Both the position numbers and the translations under genes were made by a program. A stretch of DNA of 64,000 nucleotides, from sequence record OP745617. One strand, given 5' to 3'. The stretch is from Escherichia phage F13. The notes under the pieces were generated by a model that saw only the letters and a program-made list of their open reading frames with translations, was not told where the DNA came from and did no database searches. Below, in pieces: positions 1 to 7,261 of the stretch (positions are counted from its first letter, which is position 1; each line of letters begins with the position of its first letter).

Positions 1-102
1 GGACTCTCCAAAGAAGAGTTCAGCAGCATTGCCGAAGCAAAGGCATGGCTAAAGGCATTCTACAAGGCCAATCCTAAATTTTATCCAACTAAGGGTGCAT
101 AA
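1..102 (+). CDS. 3' end of upstream gene (partial, hypothetical protein)
   Basis: Open frame from window edge (…GLSKEEFSSIAEAKAWLKAFYKANPKFYPTKGA*) ending at TAA 100-102, overlapping ATG 102 of the next gene. Confidence 0.4.
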   Translation, partial: GLSKEEFSSIAEAKAWLKAFYKANPKFYPTKGA

Positions 103-320
103 TGACCGATAAACAATACGCAGTCGGGCAACGTGACATCGAGCAACTCGACGAGGGCGGTTATTATACACGCCACATCTATGCTATGACTCAAGAAGGA
201 CTTTACAGCAAGTCGGACATCGCCGCTGAACTGGCCCATCGCGACTTGCAAATTGATCTTCTCAAGATAGAAGTGCAGAACTTACGAAACACCCTGTTAA
301 ACACCTGGAGCTTAAAATGA
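102..320 (+). CDS. hypothetical protein (72 aa)
   Basis: ATG start overlapping upstream stop; stop overlaps next gene start (ATGA at 317-320), typical phage translational coupling. Confidence 0.5.
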   Translation: MTDKQYAVGQRDIEQLDEGGYYTRHIYAMTQEGLYSKSDIAAELAHRDLQIDLLKIEVQNLRNTLLNTWSLK

Positions 321-742
321 TACAGCGTTACGACCTGACATATGATGTGGCATCGGACGATTTCGCCGTCACTCCCGTTCCAGAAAGTCATGAAGGACGT
401 TTTGTTGCATATGAGGACTATGAATCACTGCTCAAGCTTAATGAGTCGCTAACAAAAGAGATTGAGCAATACCACGAGCGCATCAAAGTCGCTGAAGATG
501 TTATCAAGCTTTTTAGCGAGGCTGTTGAGAAATACAAGGAGCGCAACGTACCGATTAAGGAGGAAGCGTGGACCGTGTGGCTTGGTGGTGAGAATCCTGC
601 ACCTGGCGAGATTGTTGAATACAAGCTGCGCAATGGAGGTGATAAAGTATTGTCGAGACTTTCTGACCATCTTCACTGGGGTCATATAGGAGCACTCAAA
701 GGCAGCGACATCATTGCTTATCGGGTCGTTAAGGAGGGGTGA
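317..742 (+). CDS. hypothetical protein (141 aa)
   Basis: ORF coupled to neighbours by ATGA overlaps at both ends. Confidence 0.55.
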   Translation: MIQRYDLTYDVASDDFAVTPVPESHEGRFVAYEDYESLLKLNESLTKEIEQYHERIKVAEDVIKLFSEAVEKYKERNVPIKEEAWTVWLGGENPAPGEIVEYKLRNGGDKVLSRLSDHLHWGHIGALKGSDIIAYRVVKEG

Positions 743-1275
743 TGGGTAACGATGCAGGATGGGGCAAGCCGCGATACTCAAAACTTGCCCACTACTTTGA
801 CGACGGCGAGCAAATCAGCTTGTGCGGTAAATTCAACAAAGGCAATACAGAGTTGACCGATGCTCAAGAAATGGAATCAAGTCTGACAATTGGTGATTGC
901 TCTAAGTGCAGAAAGGCATTATATGAGTTATTGACTCTAAGGGGATTGAAAGCGGCAAAATCAAGGGATGAATGGGTCATCAACGTCTGTGAAGGGAATC
1001 CAGAATTGATGGATGAATTGCTGAAAACAGATGCCGTTAATGCCATTTTCAAAAGGCATTATAAAACTTGTATGCGTTACAAGATGAATGATGATATTAT
1101 TTTTATGGTATTATCTTATTCAAGGAGCACAATGGACGTCAAAAAGCTTCGACAATATCGCCACAAGGTCATGTGTGAATTGCGCCGTTTAGGAGTTATT
1201 GTGGATAATAATGTCATTAAAACGGAGTTAAAGAAGCGTGATAAAAGGAATGGTGACTGGAAGGTCAGCGGATAA
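739..1275 (+). CDS. hypothetical protein (178 aa), Cys pairs suggest possible zinc binding
   Basis: ORF with CGKF…CSKC spacing; last gene before the AT-rich element at 1.54-1.99 kb. Confidence 0.5.
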   Translation: MMGNDAGWGKPRYSKLAHYFDDGEQISLCGKFNKGNTELTDAQEMESSLTIGDCSKCRKALYELLTLRGLKAAKSRDEWVINVCEGNPELMDELLKTDAVNAIFKRHYKTCMRYKMNDDIIFMVLSYSRSTMDVKKLRQYRHKVMCELRRLGVIVDNNVIKTELKKRDKRNGDWKVSG

Positions 1276-1539
1276 ATAAACACTGTTTACGTGTTTTGAA
1301 GAATGGAATGTGTGCAATGGGTCGCTTTATGCGGCCTTTTGTCGTTTGGGTCATGTTTTGCTATGGAATAATTATGAGGTTGTGTTTTATTTATTAATTG
1401 TGCGGAAATATTTAGAAATATATATAAACAGGATTGTTAATATTTTAATAGTTTATGGCTATTGGTCCGTGGTGTTTGTTAGATTCTATCTATGGATTGG
1501 ATTTTCTTGGGTCGTGAAACGTGGTTTTGAACACATTTG

Positions 1540-1990
1540 ATACGCCTAAAATACGGTTAAAAATTAAGCGTATCATGGCTGCAGGCCGCGCCGTTCCTGG
1601 ATTCCTCTTTTCCAAATTGGTACACCCTTACGTCATGATACGTCATGGTTTTTTATCCGTATCAGTGTACAACCCTTGCCGCGCCTGGCTTGTACATTAA
1701 TCTTACGGATGATACGGATAAAACTGAGCATCGTTATATATAGAATTCGAAAAATTAATTAACTCCATTTTAAAAACATTTATATTAATTTTTTTCATAT
1801 CCTCATACTTATGTTAATTTATATATTTAACGTATCATCCGTAAGATATAAGTAAAAACAAAGACTTGCGGCAATACGGATGATACGTCATGATACGCTT
1901 CAACCAGCCAGCAGCGGCTAAGTCGTTGATTTGCATAACAAGCGGCAAAAGGGATGGATTTCTTTTATACGTATCAAACAGTACACCACG
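1540..1990. repeat. Composite element A: AT-rich core (about 1735-1830) flanked by inverted repeats aatcttacggatgatacgg (1699-1718) and ccgtatcatccgtaagat (1831-1847), plus extra GGATGATACG-type copies (1629-1665, 1873-1898)
   Basis: Read directly; homologous to element B at 18055-18345 (shared aatcttacggatgatacgga and tatata-gaattc-aaa-ttaatt core). Confidence 0.8.
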
Positions 1991-2062
1991 CACCACGGTC
2001 CGTTATCCATTCAGCAATATGATTTGTGTACGTTTATAGCCATAATGAACATCAATCTGCAC

Positions 2063-2091
2063 TTGAATATAATGTCCATCCATTGTATAAT
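2063..2091 (+). promoter_or_regulatory. sigma70-like promoter with extended -10 (TTGAAT-N17-TGTATAAT) upstream of the TerS-like gene
   Basis: Hexamers and spacing read from sequence; the transcribed leader would contain two AATTTGCACTATG motifs. Confidence 0.4.
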
Positions 2092-2111
2092 TCACACTAT
2101 TAATTTGCACT

Positions 2112-2600
2112 ATGGGATTTTGCACTATGAGTCAAGATTATGTAGCGATGCCTGAAGACTTTGAAGACCCGCGATTCGCAGAGCACAATCAGGCTTTATT
2201 CGATGAGTTCATTGACCTTGTTATTCAGGGTCATGACATGCGCGCAGCTTTTGCACTAGTATTTGGAATGGAAGTTGCAACGGATAACTACACTGGCCAG
2301 CGAATCCTTTGCACGCAACGCAATCCATACTACAAGATGCGCTTCAAAAAGCGTATGGAAGAGATGCCACTCAAGGATTTGTGGAGCGTAAAAGGTGCAA
2401 TTCACAATTTGGTTAAGCTTGTTCGTGATCCAGAAGTCGCGGCGTCAGCCAAGCTTAATGCTATTCGTGAACTGAATATCATCTACGGCATCACGATGAT
2501 TGATGAAAACGGCAATAGTAAAATGGGCCGTTCCATGGACGATTTCTACAAGGATTTTGGAGAGGCGGCCAAAGAAGGTGAGCAATTCTCCCGCCACTAG
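2112..2600 (+). CDS. terminase small subunit-like DNA-binding protein (possible start at 2127)
   Basis: About 160 aa; NQALFDEFIDLVIQGHDMRAAFALVFGM and C-terminal AKLNAIRELNIIYGI resemble TerS (Terminase_2-type) segments; recognised from memory only. Confidence 0.4.
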   Translation: MGFCTMSQDYVAMPEDFEDPRFAEHNQALFDEFIDLVIQGHDMRAAFALVFGMEVATDNYTGQRILCTQRNPYYKMRFKKRMEEMPLKDLWSVKGAIHNLVKLVRDPEVAASAKLNAIRELNIIYGITMIDENGNSKMGRSMDDFYKDFGEAAKEGEQFSRH

Positions 2601-2619
2601 CCAATTTGCACTATAAAAC

Positions 2620-2654
2620 GGCCCTAGAACACATTTTCTCCAATTCTAGGGCCA
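2620..2654. terminator. Hairpin between convergent genes: perfect 10-bp stem GGCCCTAGAA/TTCTAGGGCC, 15-nt loop
   Basis: Inverted repeat read from sequence; no strong T-run, so terminator function is inferred from position. Confidence 0.4.
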
Positions 2655-2714
2655 TCGGTAATACGACGGGGAAGGTTACAAACATAAACGCGTTAGAAAG
2701 TGTATTATTATAAG

Positions 2715-2978
2715 TCATCTTTTAGTCACCTTACGTAACAATTTACGACCTTCAACCGTCCAATCGAACGACTCCACCAGCAGATTCGCACTATAACCTA
2801 AGACGATGCGTCCCTTCTCGTTATCGACCCGCCAACAAGTCTCGAATAGCATTCGATTTGCACTATTAACTATTGCCGCAACTCGCGTAGGATAAGCGCA
2901 ATTTGAACTATGGTCGTAAAGGGATAAGGTGCGACCACTTCCGATGGACAACGTAGCGATGAGAATGAGCGTATTCAT
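2715..2978 (-). CDS. doubtful ORF (87 aa) overlapping three copies of the AATTTGCACTAT motif
   Basis: Has a possible GGTGG RBS, but the motif copies inside suggest the region may be regulatory rather than coding. Confidence 0.2.
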   Translation of the reverse strand: MNTLILIATLSIGSGRTLSLYDHSSNCAYPTRVAAIVNSANRMLFETCWRVDNEKGRIVLGYSANLLVESFDWTVEGRKLLRKVTKR

Positions 2979-3028
2979 AAGCCACCAATTTGCACTATGA
3001 AAAGCGACCCCGAAGGGCCGCCATTCGA

Positions 3029-3655
3029 TTAGATAATCTGGAAGGTATAGGATTTGTTGCCGAACTCAAAGTTCAAGCGCCCAGCTTCCTTAAGCTTCAT
3101 GCGGAAGCGAATGTGCTTGCTATCCGGCAAGCCCAGCACGGCGAACGCTACGCGGACCGATTTGAACTCGCCTACACCCTCGACCATAACGCCGTTACGG
3201 GTGAGACGCTTTTGCGCCACTTCCTTATTATCCCAACTTTTTGCAATACCTTCGCTATTCGAACGGCGATGGGAAGGAGTTCCATTTTGCACTACGCAAT
3301 TTGCACTATCGTTTAGACCGCTCTTAACGAAGGCTTCATACTCTTCGTCGGTCATCGCGTCGAGTTCTTCCTGGGTCGGCTCGGCCTTTTTAACGACCGC
3401 ACGCGCCTTATGCGTTTTTACATCGCTGGACACTTCCTCGCGCGACTTCGCTTCGGGGATGGGCGATTCGTTGGACGGCTCATCGAGCGCGTTTAAGGAC
3501 TCGATTAACGCGATTACGCGAGTCTCGGCGGTACGGCGGTCCGCAAATTTCTTAATCGGCTTCGAACCGGAATTTGCATTATAAAATGCAACGAGGTCGG
3601 CGGTCTTAGTTGCGATAACGTCGCCGCTAGTCGAGAAACGATTTAAGCTAACCAT
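3029..3655 (-). CDS. hypothetical protein (208 aa)
   Basis: AGGAG RBS upstream of ATG at 3655; contains two tandem motif copies on the opposite strand and the TTTGCATT-N4-AATGCAAA palindrome near its 5' end. Confidence 0.6.
   Translation of the reverse strand: MVSLNRFSTSGDVIATKTADLVAFYNANSGSKPIKKFADRRTAETRVIALIESLNALDEPSNESPIPEAKSREEVSSDVKTHKARAVVKKAEPTQEELDAMTDEEYEAFVKSGLNDSANCVVQNGTPSHRRSNSEGIAKSWDNKEVAQKRLTRNGVMVEGVGEFKSVRVAFAVLGLPDSKHIRFRMKLKEAGRLNFEFGNKSYTFQII
3573..3592. promoter_or_regulatory. Palindromic operator-like site TTTGCATT-ATAA-AATGCAAA
   Basis: Perfect 8-bp inverted arms with 4-bp spacer; a dyad version of the AATTTGCA motif. Confidence 0.35.
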
Positions 3656-3735
3656 AATGAACTCCTATTTGTTAGGGCGCTAGGCGCGAAAGAATTTTAT
3701 TAAAGCGCCGCGCACGACGCTCTAAAAATCCTCTC

Positions 3736-4020
3736 TTACGCTTCGACGAGGGAGAAGGTCTCAAATTCTTCTTCGCCCATAACGAGTAAGATGTTACCGA
3801 TTTCGACCGCTTCGAAGAAGTATCCGTTAACGTTTACTTCGAAGGCTTCGCGGTCCGATTCCGGTAACGCCGCGTAAAGTTTAAAAGCCTCGGCGACCGT
3901 TACCCCACCCGCCTCGATGGTCTGGTCTACGTTCGCGGCGTAGACTTCGGATAAAATTTGTTTTACGCCGTAGTTCTCGACGATAGCGTTACGGATGGAA
4001 GAAACGTTAAGAATAGCCAT
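3736..4020 (-). CDS. small early protein, paralog family member A (94 aa)
   Basis: AGGAG RBS; preceded on the minus strand by the conserved promoter/hairpin cassette; MAILNVSSIR…EVYAANVD…VNGYFFEAVEIG aligns with the 4958-5248 product. Confidence 0.6.
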   Translation of the reverse strand: MAILNVSSIRNAIVENYGVKQILSEVYAANVDQTIEAGGVTVAEAFKLYAALPESDREAFEVNVNGYFFEAVEIGNILLVMGEEEFETFSLVEA

Positions 4021-4088
4021 TTTAAACTCCTAGTTGGGAGAGGCGTTAACGACCTATTCGCTAACTCATCCCGTCCCGATATGAGTAC

Positions 4089-4116
4089 ATTATAATATAG
4101 TGTAGAAAAAAGTAAA
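4089..4116 (-). promoter_or_regulatory. sigma70-like promoter (TTTACT-N16-TATAAT) of the conserved early cassette, minus strand
   Basis: Reverse complement of 4021-4128 is nearly identical to the plus-strand cassettes at 4548-4655 and 4851-4957. Confidence 0.5.
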
Positions 4117-4160
4117 GCACTTTTTCGATAAAAATGCGATAAATTATTTTATCTTTTTTC

Positions 4161-4188
4161 TTTACTTCTTCGTACACTCGCGTATACT
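4161..4188 (+). promoter_or_regulatory. sigma70-like promoter (TTTACT-N16-TATACT), diverged copy of the early cassette, divergent to the minus promoter
   Basis: CTTTACTTCTTCGTACACT shared with the other cassettes; followed by a GGGC…GCCC hairpin and a GGGAG RBS. Confidence 0.45.
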
Positions 4189-4244
4189 TGTTTATATCGA
4201 GACGGGCGATGGCCCTTCCTTCTACTAGCATCGGGAGCTTTATT

Positions 4245-4547
4245 ATGACTACTTTAATCTCTTCCATCCTTACTTACGACGAAGACCGTTTAACCGTTCG
4301 CTCTCTTATCGCCGCCGTTAACGCCGAACTAGAATCTAGCGCCATTAAGGTCCGCGCGGTTGCCTTCGTCGGTCTTTCCTTCGACGATATCAAGTACGCC
4401 GAACGTAGCGCCATCCGCTTCGCGAAGACCGACGACGAAGCCGTTACCCTTATCGAGACGGTTACTCCGCGCGGCGAAACGTTAATTATCGTCGAGTATA
4501 TCGACGTAGAAGGCGATAAGGCTTATAAATATTTTATCGCAAAATAA
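4245..4547 (+). CDS. small early protein, paralog family member B (100 aa)
   Basis: ATG at 4245 with GGGAG RBS (the track's 4188 start is a TTG inside the -10 element); N-terminus MTTLISSI resembles the paralogs; 3' two-thirds lies in the tandem duplication. Confidence 0.6.
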   Translation: MTTLISSILTYDEDRLTVRSLIAAVNAELESSAIKVRAVAFVGLSFDDIKYAERSAIRFAKTDDEAVTLIETVTPRGETLIIVEYIDVEGDKAYKYFIAK

Positions 4548-4558
4548 CGAAAAAGTGC

Positions 4559-4587
4559 TTTACTTCTTAGTACACTAAGACTATAAT
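4559..4587 (+). promoter_or_regulatory. sigma70-like promoter TTTACT-N17-TATAAT (cassette copy 1)
   Basis: Near-consensus -10 and 17-bp spacer; followed by the 5' UTR hairpin at 4610-4630 and AGGAG at 4644-4648. Confidence 0.55.
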
Positions 4588-4609
4588 GTTTTATATCGAG
4601 AGGGGATGA

Positions 4610-4630
4610 GGTAGCGAATAGGTCGCTACC
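4610..4630 (+). ncRNA. Conserved 5' UTR stem-loop (GGTAGCGA-ATAGG-TCGCTACC)
   Basis: Perfect 8-bp stem; the minus-strand copy (GTTAGCGA/TCGTTAAC) keeps pairing through a compensatory U-A and a G-U wobble. Confidence 0.5.
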
Positions 4631-4655
4631 CTCCCGACTAACTAGGAGAATATTA

Positions 4656-4850
4656 CGCGCGGTTGCCTTCGTCGGTCTTTCCTTCGACGATATCAAGTAC
4701 GCCGAACGTAGCGCCATCCGCTTCGCGAAGACCGACGACGAAGCCGTTACCCTTATCGAGACGGTTACTCCGCGCGGCGAAACGTTAATTATCGTCGAGT
4801 ATATCGACGTAGAAGGCGATAAGGCTTATAAATATTTTATCGCAAAATAA
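4656..4850 (+). pseudogene. Duplicated 3' fragment of gene 4245-4547 lacking a start codon
   Basis: Second repeat unit encodes RAVAFVGLSF…KYFIAK in frame, but the position matching the ATG of gene 4958 reads ACG (4655-4657). Confidence 0.45.
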
Positions 4851-4861
4851 CGAAAAAGTGC

Positions 4862-4890
4862 TTTACTTCTTAGTACACTAAGACTATAAT
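4862..4890 (+). promoter_or_regulatory. sigma70-like promoter TTTACT-N17-TATAAT (cassette copy 2, drives gene 4958-5248)
   Basis: Identical to copy 1 (offset 303 bp); hairpin at 4913-4933, AGGAG at 4947-4951. Confidence 0.55.
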
Positions 4891-4957
4891 GTTTTATATC
4901 GAGAGGGGATGAGGTAGCGAATAGGTCGCTACCCTCCCGACTAACTAGGAGAATATT

Positions 4958-5248
4958 ATGATCACTTTATCCGCTATCCGTGCCGCTCGCGTCGAAACTT
5001 CCGAAAACTCTAACGTATTTGGCGAAACCTTAGAGAGCGTTTATCTCTCTAACGTTGACGCGATTATCGAGTCTATTTATGAGCCGATCAACTTCCTCGA
5101 CCTTTACAAGTATCGCGATGAGGACATCGTGTCCTACCGCGTAACGATTAACGGCTTCGTTTATACGATTACCGAAATCGGCGGCGAATATCTCGCTGTA
5201 CCGCAACTCGGCGGCGAAGTAACTTACTTTAAAATCGTAAGCCTTTAA
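4958..5248 (+). CDS. small early protein, paralog family member C (96 aa)
   Basis: ATG with AGGAG RBS; clear similarity to the 3736-4020 product (IR-A-VE, VY-NVD-IE, NG-xxE-EIG). Confidence 0.6.
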   Translation: MITLSAIRAARVETSENSNVFGETLESVYLSNVDAIIESIYEPINFLDLYKYRDEDIVSYRVTINGFVYTITEIGGEYLAVPQLGGEVTYFKIVSL

Positions 5249-5259
5249 GGAGAAGAAAA

Positions 5260-5469
5260 ATGATTAATATGAATAACTCTCTTAACGCGCGCGCCCATCG
5301 CACCGCCGTCATCGATATGTTCCGTGAGCTTAAGGACTTATGCGATAATATGAACGCGATGTTATCCATCGGCGGCTGGGGATACGAAGAAGAAGTTAAA
5401 TATGCGGTTATGCGTCGCCGTCGCGATAACGTCCTTGGGCAAATTAAACGCGCCGGATTATTCCTTTAA
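5260..5469 (+). CDS. hypothetical small protein (69 aa, basic)
   Basis: AAGGAG RBS 8 nt upstream of ATG; followed by an intrinsic terminator. Confidence 0.55.
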   Translation: MINMNNSLNARAHRTAVIDMFRELKDLCDNMNAMLSIGGWGYEEEVKYAVMRRRRDNVLGQIKRAGLFL

Positions 5470-5495
5470 TTATAATCAACCACCGTTACTAATAG

Positions 5496-5517
5496 GCCGC
5501 GCTTAGTCGCGGCTTTT
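5496..5517 (+). terminator. Rho-independent terminator (GCCGCG-cttagt-CGCGGC followed by TTTTCTT)
   Basis: GC stem plus T-run directly after stop of gene 5260-5469. Confidence 0.6.
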
Positions 5518-5638
5518 CTTCGTCCCTATCTCGGTGCGCTCCTACGCGAAAACTCCTTTATCCTTCCCTTCGTCGTCGCATAATCTTCGTCGATATGCGC
5601 CTTAGTTCGCATAACAGGTATTACGTTAAATGGAGAAC

Positions 5639-5715
5639 ATCGCGTAAGTCCTTGTTTTATATAGACACCTATATCGGACCGTTAGGGCGGGTCGCGTAAG
5701 TCGTTGTTTTATAAA
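5639..5715. repeat. Direct repeat pair (A/G)TCGCGTAAGTC(C/G)TTGTTTTATA (5639-5663 and 5691-5715)
   Basis: Two 25-nt near-identical copies 52 bp apart in a 700-bp ORF-free region. Confidence 0.6.
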
Positions 5716-5838
5716 GGCGCAAAACTTTCCCTTCGTTCCGAACTAAAACGAGGAATATGCCGACCCTTCGTCCGAAAATAGTACGCATGCGAAATTACAT
5801 GCATCTAGAATAATCCCCACAGATATTATCCTACACGC

Positions 5839-5903
5839 AATCATTCGCTTTCGAATCATTATGCTTCATATTATTATGCGTCGAATCATTCGCTTTCGAA
5901 TTG
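5839..5903. repeat. Direct repeat pair ATCATTCGCTTTCGAAT (5840-5856 and 5885-5901)
   Basis: Read directly; each unit contains a TTCGAA palindrome. Confidence 0.6.
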
Positions 5904-5991
5904 TAACGCTGGAAACTGTAACGGCGATTGATTATTGCGTTCGTGTGGTTTTTATGGCATGGGTCTTTTGGTGCGTTTTGCTACTTGATGG

Positions 5992-6103
5992 AATTTGCGG
6001 TACACTAATCAAAATACGACACATTTAGTCTACTAACTTTTCAAAGAAAAAGTCCTGGACAGTACCGTACTATTTTGTACCCACAGGAAATTTGCAGTAC
6101 ACT
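5992..6103 (+). repeat. Variant motif pair AATTTGC(G/A)GTACACT (5992-6006 and 6088-6103)
   Basis: Shares AATTTGC with the 2.1-3.6 kb motif family and GTACACT with the early promoter cassette. Confidence 0.5.
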
Positions 6104-6183
6104 CCTGCGCGCGGCAGGCAAAATAAAGGGCCGCACCAAGCGACCCACGATTCACGATTCACGGTTAAAGCAACATCCACCCA

Positions 6184-6564
6184 CTATTCACTCTTATGGG
6201 CATCACCAAATCCATCAGCAATCTGGCTGATCAACGACTCAATGGACACAGTTTTACCAATTGATCGAGCGGTTATGGCGAGCATATTATCAATCAAACC
6301 ATGATTGACACAATACTCTGGAGATTTAGAATCATCTTCAGAACAACCAAAAAGCTGGTCGCGCAGACTTTCAAGAGAACGCTCAATATTTTCCAACTTC
6401 TCTTCTAAATCGGATTGGCGACGTAAAACCCATGTTAAGTCTCGGTTGCCGACTTCCAACCCATCAGAATAGCAAGGTGGAGCGTCAATTTTGATGCTGG
6501 AACCAAAAGCAGTGCCGCTGCCTTTAGTATAAGTATGGCTCATAGAATCATTTTTATTTGACAT
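6184..6564 (-). CDS. hypothetical protein (126 aa from ATG 6564)
   Basis: Last gene of the minus-strand block; internal ATG with weak AAGG RBS chosen over the track start. Confidence 0.45.
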   Translation of the reverse strand: MSNKNDSMSHTYTKGSGTAFGSSIKIDAPPCYSDGLEVGNRDLTWVLRRQSDLEEKLENIERSLESLRDQLFGCSEDDSKSPEYCVNHGLIDNMLAITARSIGKTVSIESLISQIADGFGDAHKSE

Positions 6565-6661
6565 ATCATTACCTTTAATATTTGGGTGATTAACAATAAC
6601 TATAATAAAGCCGCATAGCGCGGCATTCAAATCGATTTATTAATTGTGACGATTGGATTCA

Positions 6662-6856
6662 TCAATCGATACCAACTGAGCCGATGTGCTGAAAGAACTC
6701 TGAATAAACTTCCTTCCAGTACTTACGCGCTGCTTTCTGGGCTTGTCCTTTGCGCTTGAAGCTTTTGCCTTGAAAGATGAAACGGTCGCTTGTCGCGCGA
6801 TACTCCACCACACCTTCCAGCCATTGTAAGAATGCTACTGATTCATTTTTATTCAT
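6662..6856 (-). CDS. hypothetical small basic protein (64 aa)
   Basis: GAGGT RBS 5 nt upstream of ATG. Confidence 0.5.
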   Translation of the reverse strand: MNKNESVAFLQWLEGVVEYRATSDRFIFQGKSFKRKGQAQKAARKYWKEVYSEFFQHIGSVGID

Positions 6857-6863
6857 TTCAACC

Positions 6864-7259
6864 TCAATATTTTAATAAGAAAGCACCCAACCAACTTTCC
6901 TCAACCTCGCGGCCAGTAGCCACACGGTCGGTCTTGGCTATGGGTCTGGATTCGCCGCAGGGCAACCCGTCTTGTAGTTGTGTACTATTGCCAATTCTCA
7001 CCAGAACCTTTCCATCAGGGTCGATATAAGCGCGACAACCCATGATTTCGAGTCGTTGTAGACACTGGCGAATCGTTTTCAGCTTCTCACCGGACCGGAT
7101 AGAGCGCGGTCGCGACCGCTGACCGTTCTTATTTACTGTACGCTTGAAGACCGGAATATCATTGGTGCGTTGCGGCTTGGGTCGGTAGTAGGCTTCTTCG
7201 CCAGGAGTCGCACCTGGCGTCAATTCGCGCTTGAGCGCCTTTTCAATATCAATGATCAT
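6864..7259 (-). CDS. hypothetical protein (131 aa from ATG 7259)
   Basis: Start placed at MIIDIEK, just downstream of the stop of the small upstream ORF (coupling); the track's N-terminal extension overlaps other ORFs. Confidence 0.45.
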   Translation of the reverse strand: MIIDIEKALKRELTPGATPGEEAYYRPKPQRTNDIPVFKRTVNKNGQRSRPRSIRSGEKLKTIRQCLQRLEIMGCRAYIDPDGKVLVRIGNSTQLQDGLPCGESRPIAKTDRVATGREVEESWLGAFLLKY

Positions 7260-7261
7260 AA

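Larger units (their letters stand above)
2102..3309 (+). repeat. Dispersed same-strand motif family (A)ATTTGCACTAT(G/A): copies at about 2102-2113, 2117-2128, 2603-2614, 2783-2794, 2856-2866, 2900-2912, 2987-3000, 3284-3296, 3298-3309; variant at 3571-3582
   Basis: Found by eye; every copy I saw is on the + strand, including inside minus-strand ORFs. Confidence 0.7.
4353..4958. repeat. Perfect tandem direct duplication, 2 x 303 bp (4353-4655 and 4656-4958)
   Basis: The two units are identical by eye; each contains the 3' part of gene 4245-4547, the promoter/hairpin cassette and an AGGAG RBS. Confidence 0.85.

Noticed and set aside
1310-2155. ORFs 1310..1540 and 1931..2155 on the plus strand
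   Set aside because: They lie in the AT-rich repeat element A, have no RBS and implausible hydrophobic low-complexity products; treated as non-coding
5470-6183. Possible tRNA gene (TTCGAATC T-loop-like sequence at about 5850 and 5893)
   Set aside because: No flanking acceptor or anticodon stem complementarity could be found by eye; the sequence is part of a direct repeat. A tRNAscan run would settle this
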